Below are positions 36,201 through 48,200 of a stretch of 64,000 nt of DNA, piece after piece. Source of the DNA: Macrostomum hystrix. Lineage: Eukaryota; Animalia; Platyhelminthes. Every line of letters begins with the position of its first letter. Positions within the stretch are counted from its first letter, which is position 1. A program made the position numbers and the translations under genes. The stretch is from the NCBI GenBank assembly GCA_950097015.1, contig CATNEN010000008.1:2976001-3040000 (forward strand), given 5' to 3'. The notes below the pieces were generated by a model. It was not told where the DNA came from, did no database searches, and saw nothing but the letters and a program-made list of their open reading frames with translations.

Positions 36201-39200
36201 ATTGTTAAATTTATTTTTAAGTCTTTTAAATAGTCTTAAATTTGATTTTTTATCGCGTTTTGGGAGATCAGCTGTACGAATTCTGAATTAAATCTATTTT
36301 TTTAACGAAATCATGGTACTTTTTCAACTACTGGGGGTAAAGCGTCTCTCGTTGTCAGTCAATGAAATTTGAAACGAGACTGTGCTACGAGTGGGATTTT
36401 TATGCAATTGTCTGCGTCATTCTTAACATTGAAGATCTAAAGCATTTGAATTATGGGCTTTGGGAAATTTTAGTTAGACCTCGGGATAATTCAGCATTGA
36501 ATTGAGCAGTGCTACTCAAAATGCCACTTCATGCCTCACTTCAGGATCTGTAGTGCGATGCAGTTTTTTCAAACTCCCCCCCTTTGTGCGTCACTCCCAA
36601 ACCGCCTTTCAGCTTCCCAAAATCCCACGTTGTTAATTTCAGGTCTGGCCATTCCCATCAGCGACCAGGGCGTTGCCCACTGCCTAGTGACCGTGAGTCT
36701 CTAAGAGAGAGAAGCAGAATGAGTGAAGTAATTCTTTGCTTAAGCAGTCCCTTCCTTACTCTGAGCTGCCGTCCATCTAGTTGGGGGCGAACGTAGTATT
36801 GTATTGCGCACTAGCTTGAGCATAATAGGCCTAATACACATTCTAAACAATCCCCCCTCTCTAGCCCTGGCTTCCCCTTCCCGACAACAGCAGACGGGCA
36901 GCTTGACACACGCGCTCGCATCCAACCATCAAGTCGCTGTCAGTCCTCTCACCTCCCCGCACCCACCCAGCCTCCGCCGGCTCTCGCATATTCGGTCTAG
37001 CAGCTCCTAATTCCTTCTTATCTCCTTTATTTCGCCGCCTCATCCGCCGACCCTAAACACTAGGTCTATCCGGCAGATGAGGTTAGCGAGCGGCACAAGA
37101 TGAGCCTGGAGAGTCTCAGGAGACAGGTGAGTGAGTCCCCTTGGGGGATCGAGTGTGCGTGTGTTTGTGTGCTCATTAATATTCATAATTCATAAACCTG
37201 GAAATTCTAATTAACTTCAATGCAGTTAGTGTTTTCTTTCCTGATTTCAGTTGGACGCGACCTGCACACGCCTAGTCAGGCTCGCCTCATTGGGTTTCAA
37301 TGGGAGCAGCGGCAGAGATGCGCCTTGTCAGACTGCTGCTGCTGCCGCCGTTACTGCAACAGACTCAGCCAGACAACCAGTGCAGTCTGACTGTCACCCC
37401 ATTCTGGCATTGTGCGGTGAGTCGCTGGGGTCAGCGCTACTCTAATCTCTAGATTATACTCTATAATCTACTCTATACTCTCTTCTGTTTGAGCTTCAGT
37501 CACTGGGTTTCTGAATTCGTAGGATTTTAATTCACGGTGTATTCTGTTATTTTGTATTTTGTTAATCCCAGAAACTTTTTATAAAATTCAGGCGAGCTTT
37601 ACGACCAGGATTCTGAGCATCTGCAGCTGAAGGTTATCAAATATGTAAGCTCAGCTATCGGATTGCTTCTGAAATTATGCACACCAAGCATGCGTGTCTA
37701 TATTGCTAATTTTTTGTTTCAGCTAAAAAATCGCATCGATTGTGAAACCGGATTTCTTCTGCTCGTGTCACAGGACAGGGCTCACGTGTTTTGCCAGGCA
37801 AGATTTCTTTGTCATCTTTTGCATTGGTTTTTATGTAATTTAAGTATTTTAACTTCAGCTTTTCAAGAATGGCGAAGGTATGCATGCGTTAGACGTAGTG
37901 TAAAAAATTTAATGCATGCGTGCTACACAGAGAAAACAAGTTAAAATGTACATTTGCTAGGCAGAGAAAAACAGTTAAAATGTACATACGCTAGGCAGAG
38001 AGAAACAGTTAATTATGTACATACGCTAGGCAGAGAGAAACTGTTAAAATGTACATAAGCTAGGCAGAGAGAAACTGTTAAAATGTACATTCGCTAGGCA
38101 GAGAGAAACTGTTAAAATGAACATACGCTTGGCAGAGAAGCGGTTGAAATGTACATAAGCTAGGCAGAGAGAAACTGTTAAAATGTACATAAGCTAGGCA
38201 GAGAGAAACTGTTAAAATGTACATTCGCTAGGCAGAGAGAAGCTGTTAAAATGAACATAAGCTAGGCAGAGAAGCGGTTGAAATGTACATATGCTAGGCA
38301 GAGCGAAACAGTTAGATTGTACGGCCAGACTGCGCATAGGTTTAGCTGTTTAAAGTTGCTTTATGAAAGAAAGACGAAAACAAACAAAATTATCTCTCAA
38401 TGTTACTTCACCCCTCCATTGCAGGTTGTTGGCGACACGATCCTAGCGGACCAGATTCACATCGGAGTATGTATTGATTTCGGTCATCAAGAGGTGTTCA
38501 TGATGCGCAACAAAGGAAATGTAAAAGGAGCAAATCGATAACAGAAAATAACAGAAACTGAATGCAAACGGCAGCATTTTCTAATAAGCTGGCCGTGATT
38601 TCAGATTTTCTAGAGCCAATTAATTTAGCCTGAAGAGACCCCGCCCAGTGCATGCGGGCTGCTCTGTACCTCACCTATAGTTGAACAGACACTAAATACT
38701 TACATTGCAGTCATGCAGCTCAGAATATATCATCTGGGGAGACAACCCATCCAAATCCTCATTTTGCCTAAGGTTCTAAGTTCTGAGCTGCACGATTATA
38801 GCCATGCTGTGCTTCCCTGCCTAGCAAATTTATCAATCTATTGGTTCTCTTAGTCGCATCGCAGTATTCCATTAGATTGTGGCAAATACTCTCAGATTCT
38901 TGTGCCAAATTGAATCCCTATATCTTCGCATCTTGGTGTGTTCCCCGCGAAAAGTTAATCTAAGAAAATTTTATCAAAGGATTCCCTGATAAAATCTGAG
39001 CCCAACACAGTAATTTCCATGTCAGAGATGAGATCGGACTAATATTTTGAGGATCACAAAGTGGGCAGGCATTCCATATCGCTGGCTCATTTTTGTTTTT
39101 CACTTTTCTCACGTCATTTTTTCCTCTTTATACCTTAAAAATACCTCTTCCCCATCAAATCACAATCCAGAACCCTCTTCCCCATCAAATCCCAATCCCG

Positions 39201-42200
39201 AACCCTCTTCCCCATCAAATCACAATCCAGAACCCTCTTCCCCATCAAATCCCAATCCAGAACCCTCTTCCCCATCAAATCCCGATCCCGAACCCTCTTC
39301 CCCTTCAAATCACAATCCAGAACCCTCTTCCCCATCAAATCCCAATCCCGAACCCTCTTCCCCATCAAATCCCAATCCCGAACCCTCTTCCCCTTCAAAT
39401 CACAATCCAGAACCCTCTTCCCCATCAAATCCCAATCCCGAACCCTCTTCCCCTTCAAATCACAATCCAGAACCCTCTTCCCCATCAAATCCCAATCCCG
39501 AACCCTCTTCCCCTTCAAATCACAATCCAGAACCCTCTTCCCCATCAAATCACAATCCCGAACCCTCTTCCCCTTCAAATCACAATCCAGAACCCTCTTC
39601 CCCATCAAATCACAATCCCGAACCCCCTTCCCCTTCAAATCACAATCCAGAACCCTCTTCCCCATCAAATCCCAATCCCGAACCCTCTTCCCCATCAAAT
39701 CACAATCCAGAACCCTCTTCCCCATCAAATCACAATCCCGAACCCTCTTCCCCTTCAAATCACAATCCAGAACCCTCTTCCCCTTCAAATCCCAATCCCG
39801 AACCCTCTTCCCCATCAAATCACAATCCCGAACCCTCTTCCCCATCAAATCCCAATCCCGAACCCTCTTCCCCTTCAAATCACAATCCAGAACCCTCTTC
39901 CCCATCAAATCATAAACCAGAACCCTCTTCCACGTCAAATCCCAATCCCGAACCCTCTTCCCCATCAAATCCCAATCCCGAACCCTCTTCCCCATCAAAT
40001 CACAATCCAGAACCCTCTGCCCCATCAAATCCCAATCCCGAACCCTCTTCCCCATCGAATCACAATCCAGAACCCTCTGCCCCATCAAATCCCAATCCCG
40101 AACCCTCTTCCCCTTCAAATCACAATCCAGAACCCTCTTCCCCATCAAATCATAAACCAGAACCCTCTTCCACGTCAAATCCCAATCCCGAACCCTCTTC
40201 CCCATCAAATCCCAATCCCGAACCCTCTTCCCCATCAAATCACAATCCAGAACCCTCTGCCCCATCAAATCCCAATCCCGAACCCTCTTCCCCATCAAAT
40301 CACAATCCAGAACCCTCTGCCCCATCAAATCCCAATCCCGAACCCTCTTCCCCATCAAATCCCAATCCCAAACCCTCTTCCCCATCAAATCACAATCCAG
40401 AACCCTCTGCCCCATCAAATCCCAATCCCGAACCCTCTTCCCCTTCAAATCCCAATCCCGAACTCTCTGCCCCATCAAATCCCGATCCCAAACTCTATTC
40501 CGCATCAAATCCAAATAGCGAACTCTCTTCTGTCTCTAATGAAAATCTCAGACTCGGTTCCCCATATAGTTCCAATCCCAAACGGGTTGTAGAGTGAGTA
40601 CACCCAGCAGAGATAATTAAGCAAGCTCTAGAGTAGCCTGCAAGTCTATCCAACCCTGTTGCTAGGATGAGTTCTCTGGCCATTTCTTTCGAAAGCCGAA
40701 TCCGTGTCATTTTGTGTAATGAGAAGCCTTTGAAAACTGATTAATTAGCTAACGAGTTGTCCGGTCCTACATCCGCCTACAACAAAGGCTTCTATTCCTC
40801 TTCAGCCACTGCTGAACAAATAACTCGCTTTAATCAGACCCGAAATCTTTTGTTGCCTTGGGTAGAGAGGACAATACGGGCAGTGTTGCTGCGATGTGAC
40901 ATGGTGCTCAACTGAAGAAATTAACTTTCTCCAATGTGCACAAAGTTCTCTCTCTCTCTCTTTGTCTCTCTGTCTCAAAGCCTAGAGAGAGATGGGCAGA
41001 AATCTAGATTAGGATAGATGAAGACCTATATTTGAATAGCTAGACATCAAGATAGAGATCGATAGACATCTAGATAGATATCAATAGACTCTAGATAGAG
41101 ATCGATAGACATCTAGATAGAGATCAATAGACATCTAGATGGAGATCAATAGACATCTAGATAGAGATCGATAGACATCTAGATAGAGATCAATAGACAT
41201 CTAGATGGAGATCAATAGACATCTAGATAGAGATCGATAGACATCTAGATAGAGATCAATAGACATCTAGATGGAGATCAATAGACATCTAGATGGAGAT
41301 CAATAGACATCTAGATGGAGATCAATAGACATCTAGATGCATATCATTAGACATCTAGATAGAGATCAATCGATATCTAGACAGAGATCTATAGACATCA
41401 AGATGGAGATCAATGGACATCAAGATGGAGATCAATAGACATCTAGATAGAGATCAATAGACATCTAGATGGAGATCAATAGACGTCTGAAAAGAAATCG
41501 ACCAAATAAATAAGTACTTATTAAACTAAAAATGCTGTTAGCTGGAATCGCCGTAAGTGTGAGTAAAGTATTTACATTCACAAATATTTGCATCGAAATT
41601 ATTATTTAATTTGCCTAACTCTGTCCTAGTATGTTTTGACTTTAGCGGCAAAAAAGATTTTCGTCGTTAAAAAATAACTAGCTTCAAGAAATCCAAGTTA
41701 CATTTCCTTTGTCGCATGCTTGAAAACTTTAGTGGTTTGCGTAACTGAATACTATCAGATTATTATACTACTTACTAAAATTAGTAACACGATGCGCATT
41801 TTCTTTGCCTGAAAAACCTGTGAGCAAGCTCGTTGGCGTTTTCCATTTTCAGGCTCACATGAACTTCTTTGAGACTATCATTCAAAGCAGCAAGCACTAC
41901 TATCTGGGAGATGTCCCACAGGTAAGTGAGTGTGCTTGATTCACCGCTTGTCCCATTCACCCACTGTCCCATTCACCCACTGTCCATTCACCCACTGCCC
42001 CATTCATCCACTATCCCATTCACCCACTGTCCATTCACCCACTGTCCATTCACCCACTGCCCCATTCACCCACTGTCCCATTCACCCACTGCCCCATTCA
42101 CCCACTGTCCATTCACCCACTGTCCATTCACCCACTGTCCCATTCACCCACTGCCCCATTCACCCACTGTCCCATCCGTAGGAGCAGCTCTCGGACATCA

Positions 42201-45200
42201 GCTCGGTACTAGGGGATTCCGTGAGCATTTGCTCTCTGCTCTGCGTGCCAGTCGCCAGTCATGGCGCCTCCCAGGTTGTGGCGATCGCCTGCATGGTGAA
42301 CAAGACCTCGGCCAGCAAGTGAGAATCGATAAATATAGATGCTAAAAGCCGCATGTCGCCTACTAATAGTAGTCTAAAAAGCCATTCTATTACGCATTGG
42401 AAAGGTTATTTAGTATTTGGCATTGTTTATAACTTGCAGCTTCTCTGAATCCGATGTGGCGGTGATACAGGAGTGCTTCCGATACACCAGCACAGTTCTC
42501 ACTAGCACCATCGCCTTCCAAACCGAGCGAATGCTTAAGAATCAGACACAGGTAACTGCTGGTTCTTGTGTGTCGTTGTCGCTTTAATGTTTGTCGTTAC
42601 TTTCTCTAATTTTATTTCTAGTTGTTTGCAAACATTTCAGGCTCTACTGCAAGTGGCTCAAAATATTTTCCGAAAGTTGGACGATCTCACCGTGCTGCTT
42701 CGTGAGATCATGGCCGAGGCCAGAAACCTCACTCAGGCAGAGAGGTGGGTGTCTGAGCTGATTGGTGTGTGAAGGGATGGCGGGGGAGGAGGTGGTGGTT
42801 GAGCTTAGCTCTGATTGGTGGATGAAGGGATAGTGAGGGAGGAGGTCGGTTAGGGAGGAGGTGGCTTAAGGAGAAGGTGGGTGATGGTGGAGGTGGGTGA
42901 TGGAGGAGGTGGGTGATGGAGGAGGTGGGTGAGGGAGGAGGTGGGTGATGGAGGAGGTGGGTGATGGAGCAGGTTGGTGAGGGAGGAGGTGGGTGAGGGA
43001 GGAGGTGGGTGAGGGAGGAGGTGGGTGATGGAGGAGGTGGGTGAGGGAGGAGGTGGGTGAGGGAGGTGGTGGGTGAGTTGGAAATCAAAAATAACAAGCG
43101 GGAAACTGTTGGGATTAACTTTCTACACTATTAATAAAAGAACAGTGTACAGTTTCGCGTTACAAAGCTTTCAATCCACACTCCACACGCCAGGTGTTCT
43201 GTGTTCCTATTGGACCGGGAGACCAACGAGCTGGTTGCTAAGGTGTTTGACGGGCTGCCAACAGCTTCTAACGAGAAAGAGGTAGATAGCTTGAACCATA
43301 GCAACCACTTTTCGAGAGCATTTAGGCCCTTTAACCACCTGAATCACGGATTTTTAATCTACCTGAAAACGAGTTGTTATTACATAGTTCATCTAACATA
43401 TTTGGCTGTATCGTAACTTTCTGGCTAATTAATAATTTATGAATACGATTACGAATTAAATATTACGTATTACGAATACAATTAGAAATCTTTTAGTCAA
43501 TCTTTTGAACAGCCGAAAATACGTACTGCGTCATTAAGCTTCACCATGAGTGACATATCTGGATTCACAATTTCTTAACGCTCTTATTAGCTACGAGTTG
43601 AAAGTTTTTCAGCGTAAAATTATGTTTTTCTAGCATTTTTTCTGGATGTTCGACTTGTTAGCGGAACTCCTCCGTCTTTTGACGAGCCGCTCACCATCCT
43701 TTATCCTTTGATGAGCCGCCACCATCCTTTATCCTTTGATGAGCCGCCACCATCCTTTATCCTTTGATGAGCCGCCAACATCCTTTATCCTTTGATGAGC
43801 CGCCACCATCCTTTATCCTTTGATGAGCCGCCAACATCCTTTATCCTTTGATGAGCCGCCACCATCCTTTATCCTTTGATGAGCCGCCAACATCCTTTAT
43901 CATTTGATGAGCCGCCAGCATCCTTTATCCTTTGATGAGCCGTCACCATCCTTTATCCTTTGATGAGCCGCCACCATCCTTTATCCTTTGATGAGCCGCC
44001 ACCATCCTTTATCCTTTTATGAGCCGCCACCATCCTTATCCTTTGATGAGCCGCCACCATCCTTTATCCTTTGATGAGCCGCCACCATCCTTTATCCTTT
44101 GATGAGCCGCCCGCCGCCACCCTAGCAGCCTAACAATAAACTTACTTAAAATTCACTTTGCGCTCCCATCAGTTGATTCGCAGGTAAGAATCAATTGAAT
44201 TTCTTATCAGAGTCGGAAGGTTTGCTTAAAAGTACATAAGCATTTCCTACCTGTTACTTATTTTTCTGTTATCTTAATCACAGGTTGTACAAAGAAAGAT
44301 TCTCTTATCGGACGGAACGGAAATCGAGGTGCTTAAATGATATTTTTAAGCCAAAAATGTGTTATTCGAATTGTATTTCTCACCTGTACACCTAATTACT
44401 TTGGCATTTATTCGCTTTCTATTCAGTGCTATACTGCCGCAATGCCATATGATTAACCCGCTAACCCGCAAAATGTTTTCTTTTTTAGCAAAGTTCTTTT
44501 CGTGTAATTCTTTAATTTAGTTAAACTGTGTCTTTCTTTAAAGTGAACTATCTCAGTGCCAGGCTTAAGAGACAGAGTAGATAAAAGGATGCTTTCAGTT
44601 TATTAAGTAATTTCTTAGTGGTGCTGGTTTATTGTTTGCGCACAAAAGCATCAGGCTACTAACAGTAGTTTATAATTAGTGCTACTCAAGTTGCTGTTGA
44701 TATTTGAATATGTTGTGACCTTCATGATTAGGTTTATGAGAAAAAGTTCTATTGATATTTTGCCTGTGACTGTGTCTTTGCGAAAAACATTTTACCCTCA
44801 GTGAGTCAGCAGTTACCACCCTGAACCCTCAGTGAGTCAGCAGTTACCACCTGAACCCTCAGTGAGTCAGCAGTTACCATCCTGAACCCTCAGTGAGTCA
44901 GCAGTTACCATCCTGAACCCTCAGTGAGTCAGCAGTTACCATCCTGAACCCTCAGTGAGTCAGCAGTTACCACCCTGAACCGTCAGTGAGTCAGCAGTTA
45001 CCACCCTGAACCCTCAGTGAGTCAGCAGCTACCATCCTGAACCCTCAGTGAGTCAGCAGTTATCATCCTGAACCCTCAGTGAGTCAGCAGTTACCACCCT
45101 GAACCCTCAGTGAGTCAGCAGTTACCACACTGAACCCTCAGTGAGTCAGCAGTTACCACCCTGAACCCTCAGTGAGTCAGCAGTTACCACCCTGAACCCT

Positions 45201-48200
45201 CAGTGAGTCAGCAGTTACCACCCTGAACCCTCAGTGAGTCAGCAGTTACCACTCTGAACCTCAGTGAGTCAGCAGTTACCATCCTGAACCCTCAGTGAGT
45301 CAGCAGTTACCACCCTGAACAATCAGTGAGTCAGCAGTTACCATCCTGAACCCTCAGTGAGTCAGCAGTTACCATCCTGAACCCTCAGTGAGTCAGCAGT
45401 TACCACCCTGAACCCTCAGTGAGTCAGCAGTTACCACCCTGAACCCTCAGTGAGTCAGCAGTTACCATCCTGAACCCTCAGTGAGTCAGCAGTTACCACC
45501 CTGAACCCTCAGTGAGTCAGCAGTTACCATCCTGAACCCTCAGTGAGTCAGCAGTTACCACCCTGAACCCTCAGTGAGTCAGCAGTTACCACCCTGAACC
45601 CTCAGTGAGTTAGATTTAAGACATGCCCTGGAAGTTTTCCATTTGATGCTACTGAGTCCCAGGAACCAATTCGATTTTCGCTTTTTATGCTTTGCTATTG
45701 TGAAGTTGCTTTCTGCATATTTTGAAGCATTGCAGAACTTCCCCTCTGTGTTGTTTTTGTTTTATTAATTTTTACTGTTAATAATTTGAGAAGCTGAATG
45801 ATTTGGATTGATAGTCACTGAAGGAATTGGATTGATAGACACTGAAGGAATAGGATTGATAGACACTGAAGGAATTGGATTGATAGACACTGAAGGAATT
45901 GGATTGATAGACTCTGAAGGAATAGGATTGATAGACATTGAAGGAATTGGATTGATAGACACTGAAGGAATTGGATTGATAGACACTAAAGGAATTGGAT
46001 TGATAGACACTGAAGGAATTGGATTGATAGACACTGAAGGAATTGGATTGATAGACTCTGAAGGAATTGGATTGATAGACACTGAAGGAATTGGATTGAT
46101 AGACACTGAAGGAATTGGATTGATAGACACTGAAGGAATTGGATTGATAGACTCTGAAGGAATTGGATTGATAGACACTGAAGGAATTGGATTGATAGAC
46201 TCTGAAGGAATTGGATTGATAGACACTGAAGGAATTGGATTGATAGACACTGAAGGAATTGGATTGATAGACACTGAAGGAATTGGATTGATAGACACTG
46301 AAGGAATTGGATTGATAGACACTGAAGGAATTGGATTGATAGACACTGAAGGAATTGGATTGATAGACTCTGAAGGAATTGGATTGATAGACTCTGAAGG
46401 AATTGGATTGATAGACACTGAAGGAATTGGATTGATAGACTCTGAAGGAATTGGATTGATAGACACTGAAGGAATTGGATTGATAGACACTGAAGGAATT
46501 GGATTGATAGTCACTGAAGGAATTGGATTGATAGACACTGAAGGAATTGGATTGATAGACACTGAAGGAATTGGATTGATAGACTCTGAAGGAATTGGAT
46601 TGATAGACACTGAAGGAATTGGATTGATAGACTCTGAAGGAATTGGATTGATAGACACTGAAGGAATTGGATTGATAGACACTGAAGGAATTGGATTGAT
46701 AGTCACTGAAGGAATTGGATTGATAGACACTGAAGGAATTGGATTGATAGACTCTGAAGGAATTGGATTGATAGACACTGAAGGAATTGGATTGATAGAC
46801 ACTGAAGGAATTGGATTGATAGACACTGAAGGAATTGGATTGATAGACTCTGAAGGAATTGGATTGATAGACACTGAAGGAATTGGATTGATAGACTCTG
46901 AAGGAATTGGATTGATAGACACTGAAGGAATTGGATTGATAGACACTGAAGGAATTGGATTGATAGACACTGAAGGAATTGGATTGATAGACACTGAAGG
47001 AATTGGATTGATAGACACTGAAGGAATTGGATTGATAGACACTGAAGGAATTGGATTGATAGACTCTGAAGGAATTGGATTGATAGACTCTGAAGGAATT
47101 GGATTGATAGACACTGAAGGAATTGGATTGATAGACTCTGAAGGAATTGGATTGATAGACACTGAAGGAATTGGATTGATAGACACTGAAGGAATTGGAT
47201 TGATAGTCACTGAAGGAATTGGATTGATAGACACTGAAGGAATTGGATTGATAGACACTGAAGGAATTGGATTGATAGACACTGAAGGAATTGGATTGAT
47301 AGACTCTGAAGGAATTGGATTGATAGACTCTGAAGGAATTGGATTGATAGACACTGAAGGAATTGGATTGATAGACTCTGAAGGAATTGGATTGATAGAC
47401 ACTGAAGGAATTGGATTGATAGACTCTGAAGGAATTGGATTGATAGACACTGAAGGAATTGGATTGATAGACTCTGAAGGAATTGGATTGATAGACTCTG
47501 AAGGAATTGGATTGATAGACACTGAAGGAATAGGATTGATAGACACTGAAGGAATTGGATTGATAGACTCTGAAGGAATTGGATTGATAGACACTGAAGG
47601 AATTGGATTGATAGACACTGAAGGAATTGGATTGATAGACACTGAAGGAATAGGATTGATAGACACTGAAGGAATTGGAATGATAGACACTGAAGGAATT
47701 GGATTGATAGACACTGAAGGAATTGGATTGATAGACTCTGAAGGAATTGGATTGATAGACTCTGAAGGAATTGGATTGATAGACACTGAAGGAATTGGAT
47801 TGATAGACTCTGAAGGAATTGGATTGATAGACACTGAAGGAATTGGATTGATAGACTCTGAAGGAATAGGATTGATAGACACTGAAGGAACTGGATTGAT
47901 AGACTCTGAATGAATTGGATTGCTAGACACTGAAGGAATTGGAATGATAGACACTGAAGGAATTGGATTGATAGACACTGAAGGAATTGGAATGATAGAC
48001 ACTGAAGGAATAGGATTGATAGACACTGAAGGAATTGGAATGATAGACACTGAAGGAATTGGATTGATAGACACTGAAGGAATTGGATTGATAGACTCTG
48101 AAGGAATTGGATTGATAGACACTGAAGGAATCGAATTATAATATATTTCTTCTTTCTAATCCCGCCAGCAACCAGTGGAGATTCGGATTCCTGCGACTCA

